Below, in pieces: positions 24,693 through 37,700 of a stretch of DNA of 64,000 nt. Under the pieces are notes generated by a model. That model had not been told where the DNA came from. It saw only the letters and a list, made by a program, of their open reading frames with translations, and did not search any database. The stretch's first letter is position 1; every line of letters starts with the position of its first letter. Both the position numbers and the translations under genes were made by a program. Origin of the DNA: Mobula birostris (taxonomy: Eukaryota); contig NC_092400.1 of assembly GCF_030028105.1 (NCBI RefSeq), forward strand, positions 24,448,206 to 24,512,205, in the 5' to 3' direction.

Positions 24693-25964
24693 CAGTCCAC
24701 GTGGTGATGGGTGCGCGGCAAAACCGGAGAGAGTGACACCATGGAAGATGGACAATTAACATAGAAAATGAGGCAGAGTTGAATGTAAAGGAAAATGGCG
24801 CAAAGAGGAAAAGAAGAGAACAAAGATATTCTGACTCTAGTGGAATAGAACGGAACAGAACACAACAGATCAGCCTGTCGGCCTATGCTGTACTTGTCCA
24901 ACAGAATGCTGAAACAATTAAATACTCTCTGTCTGTTCATGATTCATATCCCTTCCATTCTCTGCATATTCATATGCCTTTTTTTAAAGCCTCTTTAACC
25001 TGAAATGCTTTCATCTGTAATAGTGTGCAGCTTCAGTCCTGTGGGACTTACCATTATTGCTAAATTAGCTGAACTGTAAACAGGGGCCATACAACCACTG
25101 GTTCAAGCCCTAGCGTGAAACTGGGTGGGGGGAAGGGGGTGGTCCTTAATGTAGCAATCATTCCTAATTTGCATATTAAAATGAGGCTGGCGCCCTCCAG
25201 ATTTGCCACAGCGGGTGCAATATTATATTAATTGACCCTTATTTGAGCCTATTACTGAGCAATTAACACCAATGTCAGCAAGTTCCATTGAGAAGTAATC
25301 TGTCATCATTTCCTTCTCAATCAGCATTTGAAAATGTACTTGTTAAACAAAAGCAAGAGCACTGAAGGGCGAAATTAGGCCATAAGACACAGGAGCAGAA
25401 TTAGATTGTTTGGCCCACCTAGTCTGCTCCCAATGTCAATGTCCTAACGCTAATGTTGGCAGACACTGAACATTTGCCAGAATACACAATGGTTTTAAAT
25501 ATTAGTTGTGGTTACTCGTTGTCATACAGTGTTGGATTATAAATAATTTTGCAGCAATTTGAACAGACAATTAACACTTACTATCATTTGTTTGGATAGC
25601 TGTGCTGTGAAGGTGCTTTCTCATGAATAAAGATTTCACAATGCAGCAGATATAGATCAATGCAACACTCATAACTATTGGGATTTAAAAGGTTTAGGCA
25701 CCATTTATATTGACCTTAGTTCCATTACAAAAATTGCATAAGAGACATTTGGTTTGTGGATCAGCTCAAAGGAAGAAATGGGCCAAGATGACAACCAATG
25801 GATTGCAATACAATATTTGACTTAAGCTCGCCATCATAGATAACCGATCACTGACGTGTTTGTGAGAGAATTACATGTGCGTTTCGGTTTAAAACGCACA
25901 GCCATTGCTCTGTTGGTCTAATTGTTTTTTGTTCCAGAGATAGAGGTTAGCATCGGATGTCTCT

Positions 25965-26236
25965 TGTACACAGGAAATATCAAAACTTGTGTCATTTGCG
26001 TCAAGGACCAACATAGTCTGAGGACTGTGCTGGGGGCATCCCGGCAAGTATCACCTCAAGAACTCATTAACCCGAACTTTAACCCTACGCCTTTGGAATG
26101 TGAGAGGAAACCAGAGCATGGGGAGGGAACCCACACGATCACAGGGATAATAGACAAACCCCTTACAGTCAGCGGCAGGAATTGAACTTTAATCGCCGAC
26201 ACTGTAAAATGTTGTGCTAATGGCTACTCCACCGTG
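25965..26236 (-). mobile_element. tRNA-derived V-SINE (HE1-like)
   Basis: Reverse complement has a degenerate A/B-box head and the V-domain GTGTGGGTT...GGTTTCCTCTCACATTCCAAAG. Confidence 0.75.
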
Positions 26237-26640
26237 AGGCTGCTTCCTTCCCACTAGTTTCTACAACGTTTTCCCAAAGTGTTTATTTTCTTATCTAGCC
26301 ATTCACAGGACGTAGATATCGCTGATTAACTTGATCAGTTCTTACACAGGGCAGTTAAGATCCAATTGAGTTGTTGTGGGTCTCAAGGCAGATACAGACC
26401 AGATCAGGCTTAGCCAGCAGATTTCCTTTTCTGACATCATCTTTTTACGTGGGCCCTGAGTTTCCAGTGGAGAATAAGCCGTTGATGACTTCCCAGTTGG
26501 AGTTCATCAATATTTCTGTAATCCGTTGTATCTACTGTACAGCAAATCACCCTATACAGCTTCACTAGAGCCCTGTTGGCCAGCCTTACCTGTTCCTACC
26601 TCTCGTGATGGGAACAGAGGTGAAACATTGGTGAACCATG

Positions 26641-27195
26641 CACACAGTGGCGAATTTACTAGGTACACCTGTACACCTTCTAGAAAATGCAAATGTCTAA
26701 TGAATTAATTGTGTGGCAGCAACTCAATGCATAAAAACATGCAGACGTGGTCAAGAGGTTCAGTTGTTCTTCAGACCAGACATCAGAATGGGGAAGAAAT
26801 GTGATCTAGGTGGCTTTGACAGTGGAATGATCGTTGGTGCCAGATGGGTTGGTTTGAGTATCTCAGGAACTGTCGATCTCCTGGGATTTTCAAACACGTC
26901 GTTCTTTAGAGTTTACAGGGAATTGTGTGAGAAACAAAAAACATTCAGTGAGCAGCAGTTCTGAGGGCGAAAATGCCTTGTAATGAGAGAGGTCAGGGGA
27001 GAATGGCCACACTGCTTCAAGCTGACAGGAAGGTGACGGTAACTCAAATAATCATGCATAACAAAAGTAGTGTGCAGGAGACCATCTCTGAACACGCAAT
27101 GCATCGAATTTTAGAATGGGTGGTCTACTACAGCAGAAGGCCATAAACATACAACCATGCACTTCAGGGGGTAATTAATAAAGTGGCCACTGGTG
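26641..27195 (+). mobile_element. Internally deleted Tc1-like transposon, copy 2, with both TIRs
   Basis: MGKKCDLGGFDSGMIVGARWVGLSISGTVDLLGFS; TIRs CACACAGTGGCGAATTTACTAGGTAC and GTAATTAATAAAGTGGCCACTGGTG. Confidence 0.88.
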
Positions 27196-27526
27196 AGATT
27201 TCATAATAGCTAAAGAAAATCAAAAGAAAATCTGCAGATACTGGAAATCTGAAATAACAGAAAGACTGCAAATGCATGAAGCACTTAGCTACCCAGACAA
27301 TATCTATGCAAAGGATAATGTTTTGTATTATTGATCATTGACCAGAACATTTTTTTTATGACCAACTGGTATTTTTGTGACCATTGTTTAACATGCTAGG
27401 GCTTTCTCTCTATCATCACCATTATCATTATCACTATTACTTTATCACTTCTTGTCAGTCACCTGATGTACAGTCACTCCTGTGTCTAGTGTCATTTTAG
27501 GAACATACAATCAATCTTTGTTTATA

Positions 27527-27765
27527 AAGCAACACACATAAAACGCTGGAGGAACTCGGCAGGTCAGACATAACCTATGGAAATGGATAGACAGTTGACG
27601 TTTCGGGTCGAGACACTTCATCAGGACTGCAAAGGAAGGAGGAAGAGGCCAAGATAGAAAGGTGGGAGTGAGGGGAAGGAGGTTAGCTAGAAGGTGATAG
27701 ATGAAGCCAGGTGTGTGGGAAAGGTCGAGGGCTGGAGAAGAGGGAATCTGACAGGAGGTGAAAGA
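27527..27765 (-). mobile_element. Penelope 3' UTR/terminal repeat with the best-preserved hammerhead motif (27592-27629)
   Basis: Minus strand reads CAGTC-CTGATGA-AGTG-TCTCGA-CCC-GAAA-CG-TC-AACTG. Confidence 0.85.
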
Positions 27766-28044
27766 GTGTGTAAGCTATCTGATGTATTTATATTTATTGT
27801 GTTTTGTTACTATTATTATTATTATTATTATTGTGCTCTTTATCTTGTTATGTTTTTTATGTTGATCTGGAATAACAATTATTTTGTTCTCCTTTACACT
27901 TGTGTATTGGAAATGACATTAAACGATCTTGAATTTTGATTCCTGAATCTCTTTGGAGTGAAGGAGGATGAGAGGTGACTTGATAGAGTGCATAAGATGA
28001 TATGGGACGTAGATGGATTGGACAGTAGGCACCGTTTTGCCAGA

Positions 28045-28287
28045 GCGCAGTGGTTAGTGTGATGCAATTACAGCTTGGGGCATTCTGGAGTTCAGAGTTC
28101 AATTTTATCACTGTACATCTTCCCCATGGAATTCCCCAGTTGGCTCATATTCCTCCCACAGTCCAAAGACGTACCAGATAGGTACATTGTAAATTGTCCC
28201 GTGGTTAGGTTAGAGGTAATTGAGGTTGTGGGTTGGCTGGAGTGGTGTTGGAAGACCCTACTCCATGCTGTATTGCTAAATCAAATC
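28045..28287 (+). mobile_element. tRNA-derived V-SINE, decayed
   Basis: GCGCAGTGGTTAG head; TTCCTCCCACAGTCCAAAGACGTAC; CATTGTAAATTGTCCC. Confidence 0.7.
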
Positions 28288-28384
28288 ATGGGTTGGAGGG
28301 ACTGTACTTTGCTGCACTGTTCCAAGTTTAATGAAAACAAAACTTCAGATTCTGAAATCTGGAACAAAAACAAAAGATATCAAA

Positions 28385-28772
28385 CAAAGCAACACACACG
28401 AAAGGCTGGGGGAACCCACAGGTCAGGCGGCATCAATGGAAATGATGCTTTCAGGCCGAGACCCTTCTTCAGGACTGGAAAGGGAGAGGGGAGATGCCAG
28501 AATGAAGAAGTGGAGGGGGGGGGAGGGCAAGGAGGGTAGCTAGGAGGTGATAGGTGAATTCAGGTGGGTAGGAAAGGTAAAGGGCTGGAGAGGAAGGAAT
28601 CTGATAGGAGAGGAGAGTGAACCTTAGGAGAAAGGGAAGGAGGAGAGGACCTAGAGGAGAAGATAGGCAGGTGAGAAGAGGTAAAGGGCCAGAGTGGGGA
28701 ATAGAAGCGGGGAAGGGGGAGGGATATATTTTTACTGGAAGGAGAAATTGATATTCATGCCATCAGGTTGGA
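28385..28772 (-). mobile_element. Penelope 3' fragment
   Basis: ORF end QPDGMNINFSFQ-stop, pyrimidine-rich 3' UTR, CTGAAGAAGGGTCTCGGCCTGAAA hammerhead remnant. Confidence 0.85.
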
Positions 28773-28969
28773 TGGAAACTCAGCCAGTCAAGAGGCATTT
28801 GTGGAAAATGAAACTGGTTAATATTTCAGGTGTAAGACCATTGAAAACTTTAACTGGTTTCTCTTTCAATGCCTTCTGTTTGAGTGATGAAATGCTTCAA
28901 TGCTTCTGTTTTTGTTTCAATTTCATTACCTTAACTAAGTTTGATTTAATAGATTTACTAGATACTAGC

Positions 28970-31900
28970 TGTACCATATACCTCCTGTACATGGTGCAGG
29001 AGGGAGGGCTTCAGATTTATAGATAATTGGGCAGTTTTCCAGGGAAGGTGGGACCTGTTCCGATGGGATGGTTTACATCTGAACTGGAGAGGGACAAATA
29101 TTCTTGCAGGTAAGTTTGCTAGAGAGGCTTCAGTGAATTTAAACTAGATACGGGGGCGGGGGACGCGGAGTATAGGAACAGATGTAGGGGAAAAGGAAGA
29201 AAAAGAAAATAGTAAAGTTGTTTGCACAGTTGGTGATAAACAGAGAGTAAGAGATGGAAAATTTCTTAAATGCATTTGTTTTAATGCTAGGAGCATTATA
29301 AGAAAGGTGGATGACCTTAAAGCATAGATTGATACCTGGAAGTATGATGTGTTAGCTATTAGTTAAACATGGTTACAGGAGGGGTATGATTGGCAACTAA
29401 ATATTCCTGGATTTAATTGCTTCAGGTGTTTTAGAATGGGAGGCACAAGAGGGGGAGGTGTTGCATTGCTTGTCAGAAAAGATATTACAGTGGTGCTCTG
29501 GCAGGATAGGTTAGAGGGCTTGTCTAGGGAGGCTATTTGGGTGGAATTGAGGAATGAGAAAGGTGTAGTAACACTTATGGGGGTGTATTATAGACCACCA
29601 AATGGGGAGCGAGAATTGGAGGAGCAAATTTGTAAGGAGATAGCAGATATTTGTAGTAAGCACAAGGTTGTGATTGTGGGAGATTTTAATTTTCCACACA
29701 TAGACTGGGAAGCCCATGCTGTAAAAGGGCTAGGTGGTTTAGGGTTTGTAAAATGTGTGCAGGATAGTTTTTTGCAGCAATACATAGAGGTACCAAATAG
29801 AGAAGGGGCAGTGTTAGATCTTCTGTTAGGGAATGAGATAGGTCAGGTAACGGAGATTTGTGCTGGGGAGCACTTTGGGTCCAGTGATCACAATGCCATT
29901 AGTTTCAATATAATAATGGAGAAGGATAGGTCTGGACCCAGGGTTGAGATTTTTGATTGGAGAAAGGTTAACTTTGAGGAGATGCGAAAGGATTTAGAAG
30001 GAGTGGATTAGGACAATTTGTTTTATGGGAAGGATGTAACAGAGAAATGGAGGTCATTTAAAGGTGAAATTTTGAGGGTACAGAATCTTTATGTTCCTGT
30101 TAGGTTGAAAGGAAAAGTTAAAAGTATGAGAGAGCCATGGTTTTCAAGGGATATTGGAAACTTGGTTCGGAAGAAGAGAGAGATCTACAATAAATATAGG
30201 CAGCTTGGAGTAAATGAGGAATATAAAGAATGTAAAAAGAATCTTAAGAAAGAAATTAGAAAAGCTAAAAGAAGGTATGAGGTTGCTTTGGCAAGTAAGG
30301 TGAAAATAAATCCCAAGGGTTTCTACAGTTATATTAATAGCAAAAGGATAGTGAGGGATAAAATTGGTCCCTTAGAGAATCAGAGTGGACAGCTATGTAT
30401 GGAGCCAAAAGAGATGGGGGAGATTCTGAACAATTTCTTTTCTTTATTATTCACTAAGGAGAAGGATATTGAATTGTGTAAGATAAGGGAAACAGGTAGG
30501 GAAGTTATGGAAACTATGATGTTTAAAAAAGAGGAAGTACTAGTACTTTTAAGGAATAAAAAAGTGGATAAGTCTCCGGGTCCTGACAGGTTATTCCCTA
30601 GGACCTTGAGGGAAGTTAGTGTGGAAATAGCAGGGGCTCTGACAGAAATATTTCAAATGTCATTAGAAACGGGGATGGTGCCAGAGGACTGGCGTATTGC
30701 TCATGTTGTTCCATTGTTTAAAAAGGGTTCTAAGAGTAAACCTAGCAATTATCAGCCTGTGAGTTTGACGTCAGTGATGGGTAAATTGATGGAAAGTATT
30801 CTTAGAGATGGTATATATAATTATCTGGATAGACAGGGTCTGATTACGAACAGTCAACGTGGATTTGTGCGTGGAAGGTCATGTTTGACAAATCTTATTG
30901 AATTTTTTGAAGAGGTTACTAGGAAATTTGACGAGGGTAAAGTGGTGGATGTTGTCTATATGGACTTCAGTAAGGCCTTTGACAAGGTTCCACACGGAAG
31001 GTTAGTTAGGAAGATTCAATCGTTAGTTATTAATATTGAAGTAGTAAAATGGATTCAACAGTGGCTGGATGGGAGATGCCAGAGAGTAGTGGTGGATAAC
31101 TGTTTGTCAGATTGGAGGCCGGTGACTAGTGGTGCGTCTCAGGGATCTGTACTGGGTCCAATGTTGTTTGTCACATACATTAATGATCTAGATGATAGGG
31201 TGGTAAATTGGATTAGTAAGTATGCAGATGATACTAAGATAGGTGGAGTTGTGGATAATGAAGTAGGTTTTCAAAGCCTGCAGAGAGGTTTAGGCCAGTT
31301 AGAAGAGTGGGCTGAAAGATGGCAGATGGAATTTAATGCTGATGAATGCGAGGTGCTACATTTTGGTAGGACAAATCAAAATAAGACATACATGGTAAAT
31401 GGTAGGGCATTGAAGAATGCAGCAGAACAGAGGGATCTAGGAATAATGATGCATAGTTCCCTGAAGGTGGAATCTCATGTGGATAGGGTGGTGAAGAAAG
31501 CTTTTGGTATGCTGGCCTTTACAAATCAGAGCATTGAGTATAGGAGATGGGATGTAATGTTGAAATTGTACAAGGCATTGGTAAGGCCAAATTTGGAGTA
31601 TTGTGTCCAGTTCTGATCACTGAATTATAGGAAAGATGTCAACAAAATAGAGAGAGTACAGAGAAAATTTACTAGAATGTTACCTGGGTTTCATCACCTA
31701 AGTTACAGAGAAACGTTGAACAAGCTGGGTCTTTATTCTTTGGAGCGTAGAAGGTTGAGGGGGACTTGATAGAGGTGTTTAAAATTATGAGGAGGATTGA
31801 TAGAGTTGACGTGGATAGGCTTTTTCCATTAAGAGTCAAACAAGAGGACATGAGTTGAGAGTTAAAGGCCAAAGTTTAAGGGTAACATGAGGGGGAACTT

Positions 31901-32317
31901 CTTTACTCAGAGAGTGGTAGCTGTGTGGAATGAGCTTCCAGCAGAAGTGGTTGAGGCAGGTTCAATGTTGTCATTTAAAGTTAAATTGGATAGTTATATG
32001 GACAGGAAAGGAATGGAGGGTTATGGGCTGAGTGCAGGTCGGTGGGACTAGGTGAGTGTGAGAGTTCGGCACGGACTAGAAGGGCCGAGATGGCCTGTTT
32101 CCGTGCTGTAATTGTTATATGGTTATATAGCCTACTGTATAATATGGGACTATTTTATGTCATAGTAACATGTTATTGAGCATGCGCTATTAGGCGCGTA
32201 TTGATCTGGATATATGTGTTCAGTTTGGGTTCCGTAAGTAAGAACTCCTGTTAATTTAGCTCCAGTCTCTAGCGTTTTTATTAATGATATTGTTGTGTGA
32301 TGGCCACATACACAACA
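28970..32317 (+). mobile_element. Short solo LTR (~200 bp) split by the 3.1 kb CR1
   Basis: TGTACC at 28970 and CACAACA at 32317; flanks CTAGC/TTAGC; CR1 flanked by CCTCCTGTA/CCTACTGTA. Confidence 0.6.
28990..32127 (+). mobile_element. CR1 LINE: ORF1 C-terminus (SGNH esterase) plus full-length but disrupted ORF2 (APE endonuclease and RT)
   Basis: WCRREGFRFIDNW...DGLHLNWRG; GGGVALLV, VYYRPP, IVGDFNFP, SDHN; YMDFSKAFDKVPH, YADDTK; several premature stops; GTTATATG tail. Confidence 0.96.
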
Positions 32318-34094
32318 TTAGCATTTACTAGACTCTAGGTTTGTTTGACTTATAAGGAAATGTGAACACAAGAAACAGAAGCAGGAGTAGTTACTCTGCC
32401 TCTTATGGTTACTCTTGCATTCAATAAAATAGCTCTGATATTTGTACGTCAATGCCTCTTGCCTGAACTAATTCCATTTTCATTGACTACTTGAATACCT
32501 GAGAATGTTACAATCCCCGTCCTGATTGAGTCTCCAGTGTCCTCGCAAGTGGAGAATTCTAATGATATGTCATCCTCTGATTAAAGGCATTTCTTTTCAA
32601 CAAAAGATCAATTCTTTATTTTGAGACAGTGATCCTCGATTTTATTCAATCAGCCAGGGAAATCATCAACACCTACCATGCCGAGCCCCATAAAAATTCT
32701 GAATATTTCAACGAGTAGGTTCAGTCTGTTTAATCTTTTCTATGGCATGGTAACAATCCCAGGAATTAGTCAATTTATTTAATACTCTGTTTCTGAGCTT
32801 TCTTAGTCAGATTCAAACACATGTCTTTGGATCAATGGCTCAAGCTGTTGGTCTCAAGTCCAGTGACATAGATGCAGGGGCCACGTGTCTATTTTCTGTC
32901 AGTAGGAGCCATGTATCTATTTTCTGTCTGCATTGCATTTTGTGCTGCACATTTATTATGGAATCTGTCACGTGGGTTGGGGCAGGGCAGAAGCCAACGA
33001 GCACAGTTACATATTCACGCTTAGTTAGATGCTGCTGGAGAGGGAGTGAGCCACGGGGTATGAGATCTTTTTGTTGACCGGTAACTTTGTTATTTCACTA
33101 ATTTAGTTCGACTACTGTTTGTTCATTATCGGAACATTAACTTTGCTAACTAGATTCCTAACTTTGCTTAGATACGCTACTTTGACGTTTCGGGGCTTCG
33201 ATGTTTCTCTCGTCCTAAGGGGTTTCTTTGTTTCGTGGATGCCTGTGAAGAGGATGAATTTCAGGAGGTATACTGTATACATACTCCAATATTGAATGTA
33301 CTTTAAAACCTTGAAACTTAATTAGAACATTATTAGACTGCTAATTATGCTATTGTACCATCTAGTCTAATTAGCTAATATTGCTAATTAGACTGCTATA
33401 TTGCTATTTTAGTTTTGTTAGATTTTTATACTGTAAGCTCGTTCATTTTTGCTGGAATCATATTAAAGGGTCGAACGCACTTCTCTGATTTGGAGCTTTG
33501 CTATTTGGAAGTGCGACATTCAGATTGGTTACCCTGTCTTAGTCCTTCAGAGAGTTTGGTTTGTTTTTGAATAACCGTTCTAATAGCTATTAAGCTACTG
33601 GAGAAGATTGATTTCAATATTTCAGCATCCAATAGTTCAAAGGTTCAATTGTTTAATTTAATATCAGAGAATATATACAATATACAACCTGAAATTCTTG
33701 CTCTTCACTGTCATCCATGAAACAGTAAAAAAAACCCAAAGAATGAACGACAGAAAAACATTAGAATCCCAAAGTTTCCTTTCCCCCTCCCATGTACAAG
33801 CAGTAGCAAAAGCATCAGCTCTCCTCCTCCCCCACCCACTTGCTCCAGCAAAAGCATTAACCCCTCACACAGCAAAGTCTCCAAAGAGAACATGACCTAG
33901 AGTCCATCAAAACCTACTGTCCATCCCGACACTTTGACAGTTCAGATAGGCTCGCTCTCTCACTAGCGAGGAAGAGAGAGAGACATTGGTCCCGCGACAA
34001 CGAGAGGGGTGGCCAACAGCTCACTGTTTCGATGTTACAAGCTGCTGCGTCGCTTGGCTGATTTCCCCAGCTCAAAGACCAACAGACACTCACT

Positions 34095-34097
<3 letters not shown>

Positions 34098-34125
<28 letters not shown>
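34098..34125 (+). repeat. (GA)14 microsatellite
   Basis: Direct reading. Confidence 0.95.
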
Positions 34126-34320
34126 TCACTCGAGTGCAGGTGCCTTTTGACAGCAGCACACACACACGCTTGCTGTCTCGATGTTTCAGTTTTCTGCTAT
34201 GCTTCAGTCGGTGGCATCGGCGAGGAACTGAGTTGTCCACAGAGTCACACCTGGAGATATCGAAAACTAGGCTGCATGGCGAGACCGAGATCGTGAACCC
34301 ACCAGCTGTGGAGGACCTTA

Positions 34321-34835
34321 AGGCTGATTTATACTTGTACGTCAAATGGATGCCGTAACCTACGCAAGTGGCCTATGCGCGTTGTGAGCATTTATACTTG
34401 TGCGTTTGTGTGTCTGCGTCGCTCTGTAATTCGGGCACGTCGTGCATGCGCACACACCTGCCCGTGCAAGGCTTCATGGTCATGGTAGTCTTTCTTGGGG
34501 TAAACAAGTTTAAAGCGAGCGTCTTTTCTTGTAAAAGCAAAATGTGTCCTCCATAATTTCGGAGGTCCGTAAAGCTTTAGGGAAAGCATTGTAGCCAGAG
34601 CTCATTCCCTGCCCTTCAGTCACCCAATGGGAAGCTATTGCAGCGTAGGAGGAAATGCGATGCTACCAAGTGGACCAATCACAGTTGTTGCGGTCTGTGT
34701 TACCGTGACGCGTAGTTATATTTTGGGAGAGGTGCGCGTCAGGCTATGGTGTAGGGATCCATGTAGGCTCCATGTAGGGTTCGCGGCACCGCCGCACCTA
34801 TGCCGTCGATTTGACACAGAAGTATAAATCGGTCT
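34321..34835. mobile_element. Non-autonomous PIF/Harbinger-like MITE, copy 2
   Basis: TTA|AGGCTGATTTATACTT...AAGTATAAATCGGTCT; body closely similar to 706-1222. Confidence 0.8.
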
Positions 34836-35584
34836 GCAGTTTGAGCTGCAGCTGTAGATCATGGACTCCGACAGGCCCTCAGCCACCTTGAAACGAAAGT
34901 AAAGACTTGAGAAAAGAAGAAGAATAAGCTGTTTCGTGGATGAACTGGAAGAAGTCATGTGGGTCCACAAAATCCATCTTCAGTTCTTCTCACTCCCACT
35001 CAGAGCCAACAAGACAAAGGCCCTGAATTTCCTGAAGCCTGAATGTTTTGTCAGCATCTCCCTGATACTGGGCCTCAGGCCTCATTACATTGGAGCCATG
35101 TGCTACTGGCAGGGGAGGTGGGGGAGTGGGTTCACCAGTGAAGAGATGTGTAATATTGCTGATGTTAAAAAGTGGCATGAGGTAAATGTGCTGGGAATCA
35201 GGATCAGGACTGCAGCCTAGTGTGATGTCACCAGAGTAAACTGCTGGAAGCAACCAGGGATAGGGGAGATGACACTAATGTGTAAGATGTGGATGTAGAT
35301 TGGTGGCTATTGGGGGTGGGGTGAAGCTGTCATTGTCTGCATCAGGACAAACTATTCTTATCAAAAATACTGGAACTGGCATTAAGAGTGTTACAAATAA
35401 ATATTCATGCTTACTACAGGTGGACATTTCGCCTCTTACTAATATAGTGGGAAGGACACTTCTGTTGCAAATCTGTCGGGTGTCTCTCTGCTTGCAATGC
35501 TGAAAAACAATTGCAGTGAATAATAGGTGCTGTGCGGGTGAATTTGACAAAATCTTACTCATTTACACCTTTCCAGTTTCTCTT

Positions 35585-36300
35585 AGAGTCATAGGTTTAT
35601 AGAGACCAAGCACAGAAATAGAGCCCTTGGCCAATCTAGCCAGTGCTGAATTATTATTCTGCCTATTTCCACTGATCTGTACTGTGACCATAGCCCCCCC
35701 CCGTACTCCTCCCATCCAGGTACCTACCCAAGTTTCTCCTAAATGTTGAAATACAACCCGCATTCACTTGCACTGGCAGCTCGTTCCACATTCTCACCAC
35801 CCTCTAAGTGAAGAATTTTCCCCTCATTCTCCCCTTAAACATTTCACCTTGCACACAACCTCAGTGGAAAAGGCCAGCTTGCAGTTGCCCTACCTACATG
35901 CCGCATAATTTTAACTACCTCTTATTAAGCCTCCCCTCACTCTCCTATGCTCCATGGAATAAAGTCCTAACCTATTTAACCATTCCCTATAACTCCTCAA
36001 GACTTGGCATCATCCTTGTAAATTTTCTCTGCACTCTTTCAATCTCATTGATATCTTTCCTGTTGGCTGGTGACCATAATTGCACACAATACTCCAAATT
36101 TGGCTTTGCCAACATCTTATACAACTTTATCATAACAGTCCAATTCCCGTACTCAAAACTTTGATTTATGAAGGCCTCCTTAGGGCTCCACCTACCTTTG
36201 ATGCCACTTTCAAGGAATGATGGATCTGTGTTCTCAGATTTCTCTGTTCTGCCGCGCTCCTCAGTGCCCCACTGCTTAGTGTACAAGTCCTACATTGGCT
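35585..36300 (-). mobile_element. CR1 LINE 3' fragment
   Basis: KPNLEYCVQLWSPANRKDINEIERVQRKFTRMMP. Confidence 0.9.
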
Positions 36301-36779
36301 TGTCGTTCTTATTTTGAATGCAATTAACGGTGCACTGATGATGTCCCCTCGTATGGTGACCAAACGTTTGCATGTAAATCGCCAAGATCAAAGAGCAGCT
36401 CAGCCCAACCAATTTGTAGTTAATATAGCTTGAAGTGTAACTATTGGCTAGATGTGTAATTATTCTTCTTTTTGGTTCAATGTTTCAGACATAGAGATGT
36501 TACTACTGACATCAGCGCTCTCCCTCAATATTGTACTGAACAGTTTTCCCAGGTTATTTTCTTTTTCCTGCAGCAGGTTTGAGATGTAACTTGCTGATTT
36601 TAACTAACCAACCATGGAAAATTAATGATGAAGTAAGATGGCATTTTAAACTCACGTTGAGTTCCTCTAGGATTTCCTCAAAATAATCCCCAAACAAAGG
36701 CTCCTTTCTAATTGTACCAAATCCCCTTGGTCCTAACTGTAACATTTCTTCTGCTCAACTAAGACATCTTAGTGGAGTG

Positions 36780-37700
36780 CAGGCAGTGTGGTCCATTTGA
36801 AGCCCTCTTTCTGCTAAGTCATGAAGTTGCGGGTTCAAATCATATCATAATTAAGATTTAGATTATAAGACTGCAAGACATAGAAGCAGAATTAGATCTT
36901 TAGGCCCATCAAGTCTGCTTTGCCATTCCATCATGGCTAATTTCTTATCCTTCTCAACCCCATTCTCCTGCATTCTGATACCCTGACTAATCAAGAACAT
37001 GTCAACCTCTGCTTTAAATGTACCCAATGACTTGGCGTCCCCAGCCAACTGTGGCAATGAATTCCACAGATTCACTATCCTCTGCCTTAAGAAATTCCTT
37101 CCTGTCACTGCTCTAAATGGATGTTCCTCTGTTCTGAGTTTGTGCCCTCTGGTCCTAGACACTCCCACTGTAGGAAACAACCTTTCCACATCCAATCTAT
37201 TTAGGCTTTTCAATATTCAATAGGTTTCAATTAGATCACCCCCCCACTGCCCCCCCCCCCCAATTTTTCTAAACTCCAGCAAGTACAGGCCCAGAGCAAT
37301 CAAATGCTCCTCATATGTTTTCCTTTCATTCCTGGTATCATTCTCATGAATATTCTCTGAACCAGCTTCAATTCCAGTGCATCTTTTCTTAGATAATGGC
37401 CCAAAACTGCTCAGAATACTCCAAGTGCGGTTCGAGCTAGAGTCAAGCTTGAAGCATTGAAATATTGAAATGAAACATTGAGGGAGTTTTGCATCATTGG
37501 ATTTGCTAGTCTTCAAGAGGAGCATTAAAATCACCTATCTCGACTTTAAGATTCCATGGCAGTCTAAGAAAAAGAATGTGAATTCTCCTGGTATCTTTCA
37601 TCAGCCAGTAGTACCATCCAGTCACTAGAATCAAATACTCATTTGCTGCTTCTGTTGCCTTGCACGTTCAGGTTCACAGCAGTACTACTGTTCTGTTAAG
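36780..37700 (+). mobile_element. Old DeuSINE/SacSINE1-like SINE split by CR1 36862-37430
   Basis: B-box-like GGGTTCAAATC at about 36831; Deu-domain-like CATTGAGGGAG...GATTCCATGGCA after the CR1; strongly diverged. Confidence 0.45.
36862..37430 (-). mobile_element. CR1 LINE 3' fragment
   Basis: SRTRGHKLR...RIVNLWNSLPQ; CR1 3' UTR. Confidence 0.9.

Larger units (their letters stand above)
33632..34982 (-). mobile_element. Non-autonomous retroposon with Rex1-like 3' tail, interrupted by a Harbinger MITE
   Basis: Minus strand begins AAGATGG and ends in a GTTGTATATTGTATATATTCTCTGATATTAAA...TTGAACCTTTGAA tail; related pieces at 17830-18282, 33190-33320 and 38117-38287. Confidence 0.65.

Noticed and set aside
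30018-31616. 532 aa RT ORF as an active or domesticated gene
   Set aside because: Bounded by premature stops and followed by a frameshift; an ordinary decaying CR1 ORF2.
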